A DNA stretch of 44,017 nucleotides. Origin: a virus. Positions 26,703 through 35,199 of the stretch are shown here, in pieces. The stretch is taken from UHGV virus genome UHGV-1381044; one strand, written 5' to 3'. Below the pieces are notes generated by a model. The model was not told the DNA's origin. It did not search any database and saw nothing but the letters and a program-made list of their open reading frames with translations. Both the position numbers and the translations under genes were made by a program. Numbering within the stretch: position 1 is the first letter of the stretch; each line of letters begins with the position of its first letter.

Positions 26703-26712
26703 GCTGCTTCCT

Positions 26713-27534
26713 CTACTCTACATACCATATTTCCATGCTTCCATTGTCCCGGCTGTGCCAACAAGCACCCTCCAGTACTCCCCCGTCAGTCTCATCCAGA
26801 TAGTACCAGTCCCCGGTGTTGCCCTCTGGGTCTACGTTGTGTCCGTCCCATCTGTGCCACCCGGTCAGCATATAGCCGTCTGCGCCAAACAGGTACCAGT
26901 GATGGTTGATAAGTTCCCAGCGGTTTTTTAAGGCTTTGCCGCCGGAGAAATACATATACTTGCCGTCAGATTTGCGCCAACCGTTTAAAATCGTTCCAAT
27001 TCCCGCGTTTTTGCCGTTTGCCAGATTTACCGCCACATGGTGCCCTTCCAGCAGCAGCACATCCCCCGGTAGCAAATATGAGTCCCCGTTGAGATACTCT
27101 TTATCCGTATATGCGTTAAATCCGGCTTTTACCAGTGCCGCCCGAAGGTTGCCAGTATAACAGTAGACGCTCACTCCTTGGAGCTTTTTGTCCTGCATCA
27201 GATATCCCACAGCCTTTACGATAGCGGCAACGCCGGAGCTACAGTCCGCTTCGCAGTCAATCGCAATCTTCGCCGGATCGTAGCCGGATGCTTTCAGCTG
27301 CTGCCAGAATGTATAACGATCTCCCTGGTCATATCCAACATGGTCGTTCTTTGCCGCTCTTTCCGCAAGATCAGCAATCTTTTTCCCTACCGTAGCGTTT
27401 GGGTGCCGGAGCATAACGCCCCAGGGGCGACTATACCACGGGATAACAGCCCACTCATCACCTTTCTGATCTCCTGCCTTGCCGCCGGAATACTTGCCGC
27501 GCTCATCATGCCCACAGTTACTTATCATCTCCAT
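26713..27534 (-). CDS. NlpC/P60-type peptidoglycan endopeptidase with C-terminal choline-binding-type cell-wall repeats.
   Basis: It has the catalytic Cys motif DCSSGV and the His motif PGDVLLLEGHHVAV. The C-terminal repeats include WYLFGADGYMLTGWH and GDWYYLDETDGG. Confidence 0.65.
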   Translation of the reverse strand: MEMISNCGHDERGKYSGGKAGDQKGDEWAVIPWYSRPWGVMLRHPNATVGKKIADLAERAAKNDHVGYDQGDRYTFWQQLKASGYDPAKIAIDCEADCSSGVAAIVKAVGYLMQDKKLQGVSVYCYTGNLRAALVKAGFNAYTDKEYLNGDSYLLPGDVLLLEGHHVAVNLANGKNAGIGTILNGWRKSDGKYMYFSGGKALKNRWELINHHWYLFGADGYMLTGWHRWDGHNVDPEGNTGDWYYLDETDGGVLEGACWHSRDNGSMEIWYVE

Positions 27535-27539
27535 ACCTC

Positions 27540-28967
27540 CTATTCTTCGTCAAACAGCTTTCTTTCGTCTGGCTGCGCTTCCTCAACCATAGCCTTCGCA
27601 TCATCTTTCGTCATGCCCTCAAACTTAACAAAGTAGTACCACGCCGGGACCTTGCCTTGCGTAACATACTGCCACCAGCGGCTCCGGTCTGCTTCCCGGT
27701 CATACAGGATGTCACCAAAGTCATATGTAACCTCATAAGACCCTACAGGTGACAGGTTGTAAAGGTCTGCGTATACGTTAAGTGCGTATATGGTGGCATC
27801 AAGGCACGCTTCCAACTGATCGCGTACATCCTTGATAAACTGTACGGTGCGCTGTTGGTCAGCTTCCACGCCTGTAGCCGTCTGGATGCCGGAAGACTCA
27901 TTAAATACAAAGTACCCATTTGCAAATCCGGCCTTGTATCCTATCTGGCTTAACAGGTTATTGATACCCTTGATTCTGGCATCGGTGTTAAGCTGTGGGT
28001 TAATCTCCTGGTAGAATTCCTTTGCATCGTTGCCAAACACATTCTTAACGTAATGTGGAAGCCCAACCGCATCCGCCGGGCCACGGTGTTTTATCTTCTG
28101 CCCGCTCTCATACATCAGTCTATCATCAGCCAGTATGATCTTCTGGCTGTCAAATATCTCTCCCGCATTCCGGCTGTATGCTATATCAAGATCTTTCAGT
28201 TCCTCTACGGCTTCGCGGAATATCGGAAGCCCCAATGGGGATGATATATCTACGTTGTTTGCCTGCGGCGTGCGGAAGATACCGAACATTGGCTTGTCCA
28301 GTGGCTCCCCGGATGCCTTAAGAATCGGCGGCGTGTCCTCCAACATATCAGCCCATTTCGTCTTCGTCAGCGGCACCGGATCACCAAGGCTCTCAGCAGA
28401 TTTAGAAACGTATGCCCGGTTACTCACATAGTAGGGGTAGAGCGTCACGCCATCCTGTACCGTCTCCATAAACCGGTGATACTCCAGACGGGTGTACCAT
28501 TTCTTCCCGGACTGGTAGCTGTCCTTGAAGATGATGCCGCGCACATCCAAGTTGTCATAGTCAACAAGCAGCACGTCCGCCGGGGTGAATACATCCAGGC
28601 TTGTGCCGTTTGGCTTCAAAAACACGGTTCCGTATGCGCATCCGTACTCCACCCAGTCGCGGAGCTTCGCGTAGACAAGGTCTATCTGCTGCTGCAACCA
28701 CGTTGCACGGGTGCTGCCCTCCAGATGTATTCCGATACCCAGTGTTGTCAGACGGGCAGTTTCAGAGCAAAGCGCTTTTGCAAAGTTGATGGTCTTAATG
28801 CCCTCATCATCGTCCAACCACTCCGGCTGACCGTGGTATATCTTCGCACACTGGTCTATAGCTTTTTCCATCTCTGGAGATACGATGGATTCCACATCAA
28901 AGTCGTTCTCTGCCTGCCGTTTAAAAATCATGCTAAACCACCTTTTTATCGTTGATAAGATTCCCAT
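27540..28967 (-). CDS. Portal protein.
   Basis: 475 aa, directly downstream of the terminase gene with an ATGA overlap. Confidence 0.7.
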   Translation of the reverse strand: MGILSTIKRWFSMIFKRQAENDFDVESIVSPEMEKAIDQCAKIYHGQPEWLDDDEGIKTINFAKALCSETARLTTLGIGIHLEGSTRATWLQQQIDLVYAKLRDWVEYGCAYGTVFLKPNGTSLDVFTPADVLLVDYDNLDVRGIIFKDSYQSGKKWYTRLEYHRFMETVQDGVTLYPYYVSNRAYVSKSAESLGDPVPLTKTKWADMLEDTPPILKASGEPLDKPMFGIFRTPQANNVDISSPLGLPIFREAVEELKDLDIAYSRNAGEIFDSQKIILADDRLMYESGQKIKHRGPADAVGLPHYVKNVFGNDAKEFYQEINPQLNTDARIKGINNLLSQIGYKAGFANGYFVFNESSGIQTATGVEADQQRTVQFIKDVRDQLEACLDATIYALNVYADLYNLSPVGSYEVTYDFGDILYDREADRSRWWQYVTQGKVPAWYYFVKFEGMTKDDAKAMVEEAQPDERKLFDEE

Positions 28968-30601
28968 TATGCACTATTCCCCCGTCTCTCCCACAGCGAT
29001 TCCGTAGCGTAACGGGCCGCATCAATGAGATGGTTATTTTTGTCTGGATATCCGCTTATGACATTGCCGTCCTTATCCCGCTCGTACTCATACTCTTTAA
29101 ATTCTTTACAAGCGTTAGGCGTTCTGTTCGGATCCATGACAAATTTTTTCCCTTGTAACCACTTCATTGAGTACTCAATGCTGCCAGGTCCTTTATGTGC
29201 TGCTCTGGCTGGTAGCCCTGAATCTCTGTAATCCTCAACAGATTTTGGCTCTGCACTATCGCATGTTATAACATAGTCGTCATATTTGCGCCGTTTGATT
29301 TCGGCGGCTGTCCAGCTGTTCTTTTTCTTGTTTTCACAAATCTCGTCTATAAAGTATATGGTTTCACGCGCCGAATCGTAATATATCCTTACAAAAGCAT
29401 ATTTGTCTGGGTACCATCCCCAGTCAACGCCTTGATATATGCGATCCATAATTTTAATTTCTTCATCTGTGATAGTGCGCTCTTCGATAAATTCAAAGAC
29501 ATTGCCACCGTTTCCGTTTGCTTCTCCCATATACTCATTTTCGTATGCACTCGGATTAACCTCTTTTAGATGTTCTGCATCGTTAAGGAACTCCTCCCCC
29601 AGCCAGTCAGCAGGGACATCTTTATATGTACTTCGCATAACAACGGCACTTGCGTTTTTAAACTCTGCCTCTACAGTATATTTATTGGCCCAGTTGATCT
29701 TGCTTCTCGGTGGGTTAAATGACTTAAACTTATATGCTTTGTCGCCGCCACGTATAGCGGACTGCTGAATACTTCTTACTTCTTCCGGTCCGGCAAACTG
29801 GTCCAACTCTTCAAACCATACGATACCGATATATCCAAACTTCGGTTTAATCGATTTGATCTTAATCGGGTCATCTGCACCTCGAAAATAGATTTTTTGC
29901 CCAGTTGGCTTGTATGTGATCTCAAAAGGAGATTGCTTGAATTTAAACTCTGCATCAAGACCAAGCTTTGAGATAGCCCATTGCAACTGAGCATACACAG
30001 AGTCTTTTATAGTGTTACCGACTTTTCGCAGCACAAGCGCATGCATATCAGGATGCTTTTTTATCAGCTCCGGGATAATGCATGATATACAAGACGATTT
30101 CGAAGATCCTCGCCCGCCTGGGAGTACATACTCCGTATGCATACCGCGCCGGATGTCGCGAATCATCGGGTGGAATACATCCGCCACCACATCAAGATCA
30201 ATATGGTATTCTTTTGCCGTTCTGGCTTCCTCTTCTGCCTTCTGCTGTGCTTCTTTTTCCTCTTTTACGGCTATAGCTTTCTCCAAATCGGACATGGCCT
30301 TTAGCTGTTCGGAAAAAGCCGGAGCGAAGCCAAAAGAATCCTTTACTTCCCCCCGTGCGATCATGGCGCGGCGCTTCTGGATATCAGCAAGGGACATGGT
30401 GTCAGTACCGTTGAGTTTATCCACTTCGGCTTGCTTTTCGGCTATATAGGATGCAATTTTACTATTTTTTAGTAGCTTTCCTGCGTTTGTTCCTGCGTTT
30501 CTCTCCGAATAACCCGCTTTTCTCGCCGCCTCAGAAGCGTTCCCGCCATTCGCTATGTAGTTGTCTGCAAACGCTTTCTGCTTCGGCGTAAGCTCACCCA
30601 T
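28967..30601 (-). CDS. Terminase large subunit (PBSX-type) with an N-terminal TerS-like (Terminase_2) DNA-binding domain fused in-frame.
   Basis: The N-terminus LTPKQKAFADNYIANGGNASEAARKAGYSE is a TerS-type HTH. The Walker A motif LPGGRGSSKSS lies about 150 aa in. It is a single 544-aa ORF. Confidence 0.8.
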   Translation of the reverse strand: MGELTPKQKAFADNYIANGGNASEAARKAGYSERNAGTNAGKLLKNSKIASYIAEKQAEVDKLNGTDTMSLADIQKRRAMIARGEVKDSFGFAPAFSEQLKAMSDLEKAIAVKEEKEAQQKAEEEARTAKEYHIDLDVVADVFHPMIRDIRRGMHTEYVLPGGRGSSKSSCISCIIPELIKKHPDMHALVLRKVGNTIKDSVYAQLQWAISKLGLDAEFKFKQSPFEITYKPTGQKIYFRGADDPIKIKSIKPKFGYIGIVWFEELDQFAGPEEVRSIQQSAIRGGDKAYKFKSFNPPRSKINWANKYTVEAEFKNASAVVMRSTYKDVPADWLGEEFLNDAEHLKEVNPSAYENEYMGEANGNGGNVFEFIEERTITDEEIKIMDRIYQGVDWGWYPDKYAFVRIYYDSARETIYFIDEICENKKKNSWTAAEIKRRKYDDYVITCDSAEPKSVEDYRDSGLPARAAHKGPGSIEYSMKWLQGKKFVMDPNRTPNACKEFKEYEYERDKDGNVISGYPDKNNHLIDAARYATESLWERRGNSA

Positions 30602-30619
30602 TTACTCACCGTCCCGTCA

Positions 30620-30877
30620 TTACTTCCAGTCCTCCAGCGCTTCCCACATCTCTTTCAGTACCATAACAACATCCACCTGTGATGCCGTCCGAATGATCTC
30701 ATAGTCCTTTGTCTTCCACTTATCCCGCACGTATTGCAGTGTAGGTGTACTCACGCTGTACATGGTTATCATCCGGTTCTGGTCTGCGCTGTAAAACTGG
30801 CTCGTGCCTATCTTTGTTACAAACCGCTTTGTGAGCAACGCTCTTTGCAGCTTTCTTTGTATCTGGTTAAGGTTCAT
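30620..30877 (-). CDS. Hypothetical protein of 85 aa upstream of the terminase gene.
   Basis: ORF. Confidence 0.4.
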   Translation of the reverse strand: MNLNQIQRKLQRALLTKRFVTKIGTSQFYSADQNRMITMYSVSTPTLQYVRDKWKTKDYEIIRTASQVDVVMVLKEMWEALEDWK

Positions 30878-31411
30878 ACTATCACCCTATTTTCATTTTA
30901 TTTCGATTCAAAAAAGACGTATCACCATTTTTGTGATAATACGCCTTTCTGATTGCGCTAAATGTTAATATTAAAGTAATTTCATTCAAGTTACCATCAA
31001 CAACTGATGTTAATCAAAAAGTTTATAACGCTACAGATCTGACTAATTATTTTATTTTAGGGTGGTGTGTGCATAAAACGGATCAGGTGTCCTCAATCTG
31101 GATTTGGAATCCTGAACATGTATCTCAATTATACATTGATTCAGATGGAGTGTTTGTAACCGTTATTAGCTCGTATGTTTTTGGTCAAGAATGTAAAGTT
31201 GTATTGCACCGTATATGATCATTTAAATAAATTTATAGCAGTTACTATATAACAGAAATAAGCACCCAATTTTACTTGGATGCTTATTTCCCATCTTTCG
31301 ATGCACTCCTTTGATAGCGATCAGTTTGCATAAATGCTTCTGAACGCTGACTAAAGTATATCACAATGATTGCGGTATTCAAGATGTAATTAAATAATCA
31401 TATAAATCTTT

Positions 31412-32155
31412 TCAATCTTTCGGAGGAAATTTTTTGTATTTTTTTCCAATATTTTTCAATTCGTCTTCCCAGCCTTCATGACTGTTTATGTACTCTCCAT
31501 AGATTTTTGACTCAGCTTCTTTTCTGGCAGCGGCGGCGTCATCTAAGTTACTATACGTGCCTAGCTGATATTGTTTCCGCCTGAAATTTATATAAGCTCT
31601 GTATTTGCCGTTTTTCTGGAGTGATACTCCATTTACTTTCGTACTAGAGTTTTTATTAACTGTCCCTTTCATCCTTGATTTAACGCTTATCAAAGAGGAT
31701 CCATCCGTAATAAAAACTGATTGCATATCCGCTAAGAACTCACCGGTATTACGATGGCAATTTATACATGTATGAATATACGGCAATCTAGACAAACAAG
31801 TTTCGCTTTCCTTGCCGCACGCAGGGCATATTACTTTGCAAAAAGTCCGATTTTTGCCACGACATACCTTTTTTTCAACGCTCAATACTTTGAAGCCATT
31901 AATAGTTGTTCCAACTTTCTCCTGTGCTTTTTTCCATTTTAGATCGTACGCCTTCTGCCTATAGTTTTTTCCAAAATTCTCTCTGCTTTTGCATCCGCAA
32001 GATGTCGATATCCCTCTTGCTAAAACATTTTTTGGGACATCTCTTATAGTGCCACAGACGCATTTGCATTTAACGTATCCTGGTTTGGAATCCAGTGAAA
32101 TTACTTCCCATCTTCCAAATTTATCTCCTAATTGAATATTGTATTTACTGCTCAT
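31412..32155 (-). CDS. HNH/AP2-domain homing-endonuclease-like protein of 247 aa.
   Basis: It has two Cys-rich zinc-ribbon repeats (CKCVCG...SCGCKS and CKVICPACG...CINCH). The C-terminal AP2 domain is YRAYINFRRKQYQLGTYSNLDDAAAARKEAESKIYG. GC is low. Confidence 0.7.
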   Translation of the reverse strand: MSSKYNIQLGDKFGRWEVISLDSKPGYVKCKCVCGTIRDVPKNVLARGISTSCGCKSRENFGKNYRQKAYDLKWKKAQEKVGTTINGFKVLSVEKKVCRGKNRTFCKVICPACGKESETCLSRLPYIHTCINCHRNTGEFLADMQSVFITDGSSLISVKSRMKGTVNKNSSTKVNGVSLQKNGKYRAYINFRRKQYQLGTYSNLDDAAAARKEAESKIYGEYINSHEGWEDELKNIGKKYKKFPPKD

Positions 32156-32294
32156 AAGCCTTTAAAGCCTCGCACAGCTCATCTGCTTCATCTTCAGAAA
32201 GACCATATTCACTCATGAGTTCTTCTTTATCTTCGCTTCTCCATCCTCCATCATAAAGAGCTGCTGCATCATACTGATTGTTCATATCCATCAT
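32145..32294 (-). CDS. 49-aa highly acidic protein MMDMNNQYDAAALYDGGWRSEDKEELMSEYGLSEDEADELCEALKAYEQ (cassette copy 1).
   Basis: RBS GGAGGATAAGAAA precedes the ATG. It has 15 acidic and 3 basic residues. Its last 14 nt overlap the start of the HNH-AP2 gene. Confidence 0.5.
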   Translation of the reverse strand: MMDMNNQYDAAALYDGGWRSEDKEELMSEYGLSEDEADELCEALKAYEQ

Positions 32295-32338
32295 TTTCTT
32301 ATCCTCCTTGTTTTTTCTGTACTTCCTTAACTGTCTTT

Positions 32339-32367
32339 ATTATATACTTACGGAAGTATATTGTCAA
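32339..32367 (-). promoter_or_regulatory. Consensus promoter TTGACA-17-TATAAT on the minus strand. The 20-bp perfect palindrome ATATACTT-ACGG-AAGTATAT fills the spacer.
   Basis: RC of 32362-32367 is TTGACA and RC of 32339-32344 is TATAAT. Confidence 0.6.
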
Positions 32368-32390
32368 TAGGTTTTGTGAAAAAAATTAAT

Positions 32391-32612
32391 TCACAAAGTA
32401 TTTCCCGTATCCCGTAGATATTTTTCCCTTACCGCTTCCATTATGTAGCTATTCTGAGAAAGATATCCTTGATCTGTTGCGATTTCCTTTATACGCGCTT
32501 TCAGTCCTTTCGGAACCGTAATTTCCATGCGATCATAATTGCTATCACGGTACTTGTTTTTGGCCGCTGTAGCCGCCGCTCCTCTTGGAATGCTTTTTTT
32601 ATCTGTAACCAT
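32391..32612 (-). CDS. Ribbon-helix-helix (CopG/Arc/ParG-like) DNA-binding protein of 73 aa.
   Basis: RHH-like segment MEITVPKGLKARIKEIATDQGYLSQNSYIMEAVREK following a basic disordered N-terminus. Confidence 0.55.
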   Translation of the reverse strand: MVTDKKSIPRGAAATAAKNKYRDSNYDRMEITVPKGLKARIKEIATDQGYLSQNSYIMEAVREKYLRDTGNTL

Positions 32613-33096
32613 TTTGTGTTCCTGCTACTAAAAACATATACAAATATGCATATGCTAGATGATTTGCTATAATCTCACGATTTATAGTTACTGTTTCAAC
32701 GTGTATGCTTTGGTGGTTAAAAGTAACACACTACTCACAAGTTCTTGTACACTCCACAGTCGTAAATTCCCGACTTAGCCATCGGTACACATCTGTAAAT
32801 TCATATATTTGATTAGATACAGATTTCACCTAAGTAGTTTTTCCTTTCTTAATATTTTATGTTTTGCTACTTGGTTTTCGTAGACTTCTACCATTGTCCA
32901 AACGTCACCATCAAGGTTCTATCCTATAATTAGCAAGGCTGTTCCAACTTGCACTGGTTACTTCTCGACGTTTCCGACTGCTTTGACGTTAGCACAAACG
33001 AATACTCTGGATTTTGAGTATATTTGAACCTATTTGTTCACATTTAATTGTATTTTTAGTTACTTATCTTTCCTCCTAAATCTTCGAATATTGTAT

Positions 33097-33246
33097 TTAC
33101 TGCTCATAAGCCTTTAAAGCCTCGCACAGCTCATCTGCTTCATCTTCAGAAAGACCATATTCACTCATGAGTTCTTCTTTATCTTCGCTTCTCCATCCTC
33201 CATCATAAAGAGCTGCTGCATCATACTGATTGTTCATATCCATCAT
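33097..33246 (-). CDS. Identical 49-aa acidic protein (cassette copy 2).
   Basis: Same sequence as in copy 1. Confidence 0.5.
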   Translation of the reverse strand: MMDMNNQYDAAALYDGGWRSEDKEELMSEYGLSEDEADELCEALKAYEQ

Positions 33247-33290
33247 TTTCTTATCCTCCTTGTTTTTTCTGTACTTCCTTAACTGTCTTT

Positions 33291-33319
33291 ATTATATACT
33301 TACGGAAGTATATTGTCAA
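33291..33319 (-). promoter_or_regulatory. Identical consensus promoter with operator palindrome (copy 2).
   Basis: Identical sequence to copy 1. Confidence 0.6.
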
Positions 33320-33414
33320 TAGGTTTTGTGAAAAAAATTAAAAAAGGCACAATCCCCTCCATTCAAGTTTCTAAAAAGGAACTATCTAGAAAGTTCATGT
33401 GCCTTGTGTTTTTA

Positions 33415-34027
33415 TTATAGTACTAATCCTGGATGAGTTAATGCTCCGTTTTGGTCCGGAGTAAGAACTATAGGATCTGTAGCCATGCGGCCGGTCTGAT
33501 CCAGATAATACCACTTTCCGTTGATTGTCTGAAGGCCTTTGAGCATGGCACCGTCGGAGCCGAGGTAGTACCAGGAACCTTTGTATTGATACCAGACGTC
33601 ATGGACCATGAAACCGGCGCCATCGAACCAGTACCAGAGATCCCCGTCTTTGTACCAGTCATTGGAAACGTATTTTCCAGAACCGTCTTTTAAGTAAAAG
33701 CGCCAACCTCCGTTTTCCTGCTGCCAGCCGGTCTTTACCTGCTCTGGTACCCAGACTTTCATAAACTCTTCCGGAGTTTTATAGAGTTTTTTTACCCCAC
33801 TGGTGATAACTGCTGTAGCTGCTGCCCGGGGCATTGGTCACGATATTTCCCGGTGTTGTCCGCCCCTGAGCGTATAAAGCATCTTGCTCTGCTTTTGTCC
33901 TGAGAGTTTCCCCGATTTTGATCTGCAAGCCTTTGGCGGCACACTTGGAAATCAATTCTGCTGCCAGTTTCTGTAAACGTGGGTGGCACAAAGATATATC
34001 TCTCATAATTTCGCCTTTCTGTTGCAC
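33415..34027 (-). pseudogene. Decayed endolysin. An N-terminal fragment of an M15 (VanY / L-Ala-D-Glu peptidase-like) domain runs up to the first zinc-ligand His. It is frameshifted at an A7 run into a choline-binding-type cell-wall-binding repeat domain.
   Basis: ORF 33779..34027 ends ...ETLRTKAEQDALYAQGRTTPGNIVTNAPGSSYHQWGKKTL*, which matches M15 peptidases up to SYH but lacks the downstream Asp and His ligands. ORF 33415..33834 in the -1 frame carries WYWFDGAGFM and GSWYYLGSDGAML repeats. The two frames meet at ggtaaaaaaactc. Confidence 0.55.
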
Positions 34028-34036
34028 CGATGCAAC

Positions 34037-34168
34037 TTAGTATTTTTCTCCCGTCAACTCCTGATACTCTTCTTCTGTCAGTTTACCAGCCTGTACCAAA
34101 GTTCTAAGTCTGTCTTTGTCCCAGTATTCTGGATAATATTTTTCGGCCATTTTCTTTACGCTTAACAT
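34037..34168 (-). CDS. XkdX-family small protein of 43 aa. It is not in the ORF track.
   Basis: RBS TAAGGAGG precedes the ATG. MLSVKKMAEKYYPEYWDKDRLRTLVQAGKLTEEEYQELTGEKY matches the XkdX signature W..D......V..G.IT.EEY.E.TG. Confidence 0.6.
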   Translation of the reverse strand: MLSVKKMAEKYYPEYWDKDRLRTLVQAGKLTEEEYQELTGEKY

Positions 34169-34180
34169 ATGCGCTCCTCC

Positions 34181-34591
34181 TTATAAATCGGTTCCTGTCA
34201 TTACGGCTAAAAAGTCTATGTCAGCCCTGTTGTGCTTCACCTGCTCTGCCACGCCTGGCTGGGAGAGGATCAGTGTCACAGCTCTACCTGTTACAGCTTC
34301 AGTTTTTACGCTGCCGTCATCGTTATACGTTGTAGGCTGTATCTGTGCATTGTCATTTACACTCTTCGGATTGTCCAAAACAGTATAGCCATCATACACG
34401 GCTAATGTCTCCCCAGTGCTATTGATGATTTTTATCTGATCTGTGTTGGCAGTGTTAGAAAAGATGGCGATCAGATCTTCAAGGTTGTCAGCCGACAAAA
34501 ATGTCAGCTTAAGGCTGTCACTAAACGCATCAAGCCCGTTTACTACTAAATCAAATTCTTTTTCATTTTTTAACTTGATTTTTTCGTTCAT
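34181..34591 (-). CDS. Hypothetical protein of 136 aa upstream of xkdX (XkdW-position).
   Basis: ORF. Confidence 0.45.
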   Translation of the reverse strand: MNEKIKLKNEKEFDLVVNGLDAFSDSLKLTFLSADNLEDLIAIFSNTANTDQIKIINSTGETLAVYDGYTVLDNPKSVNDNAQIQPTTYNDDGSVKTEAVTGRAVTLILSQPGVAEQVKHNRADIDFLAVMTGTDL

Positions 34592-34811
34592 TCTTTTTTC
34601 CTTTCTTTTTCTTTTGTTTTTTTACTTAATATATGCGATTTTTCTGTTTCTATTACTCAACTAAATAGTGATTTCATTACCTTTCGATACCCCAACCCCA
34701 ATCCAACTTTTGCCCGCATTGCCAGCAGAATGTATACTTTTCTATCACTTTCTTTCCCACTAAGCTGAAAAACTTCACCTCGTTCTGCTCAGCTCTGCAT
34801 TCTGGGCACAT

Positions 34812-35189
34812 CTAAGGTGTGCCATACTGGCTCTTTTGATATATGATTTTCTTTGGAGTTTGTTTTTCGATAAGCTTTTCTAACGCACTGCTGTTCGAAG
34901 GGGTTTCCGGCTTATCTTCAGTAGGAACGTCATAGGTTTCTGTGAAAATATCCGGCTTGCATGGATACAGCTCACCTTTAACCCCTTGAATAATGTAGTC
35001 GCCTACACTTACATGGTGCGTCCCCTCTAATGTGTTGATAAACAATTCTGACTGATCATAATACATGATGCTTTTTTCATATGCTTCAATCGCCCAGTCT
35101 GGAACATAATATTTACCGTCTGCTCCCTTTAAATCTCCGTCATACTGGAATGCTTCTACAACTACAGGTTTTTTCTTATATTTCACCAA
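34812..35189 (-). CDS. Hypothetical protein of 125 aa.
   Basis: ORF. Confidence 0.45.
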   Translation of the reverse strand: MVKYKKKPVVVEAFQYDGDLKGADGKYYVPDWAIEAYEKSIMYYDQSELFINTLEGTHHVSVGDYIIQGVKGELYPCKPDIFTETYDVPTEDKPETPSNSSALEKLIEKQTPKKIIYQKSQYGTP

Positions 35190-35199
35190 TAACTCTCCT

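Larger units (their letters stand above)
32134..32389. repeat. 256-bp perfect direct repeat, copy 1.
   Basis: Identical to 33086-33341. Confidence 0.95.
33086..33341. repeat. 256-bp perfect direct repeat, copy 2.
   Basis: Identical to 32134-32389. Confidence 0.95.

Noticed and set aside
33779-34027. Reading the 82-aa M15 ORF as an intact small peptidase gene.
   Set aside because: It ends right after the first metal ligand and lacks the Asp/His needed for catalysis. The adjacent out-of-frame CWB domain and the A7 run indicate a disrupted longer gene.
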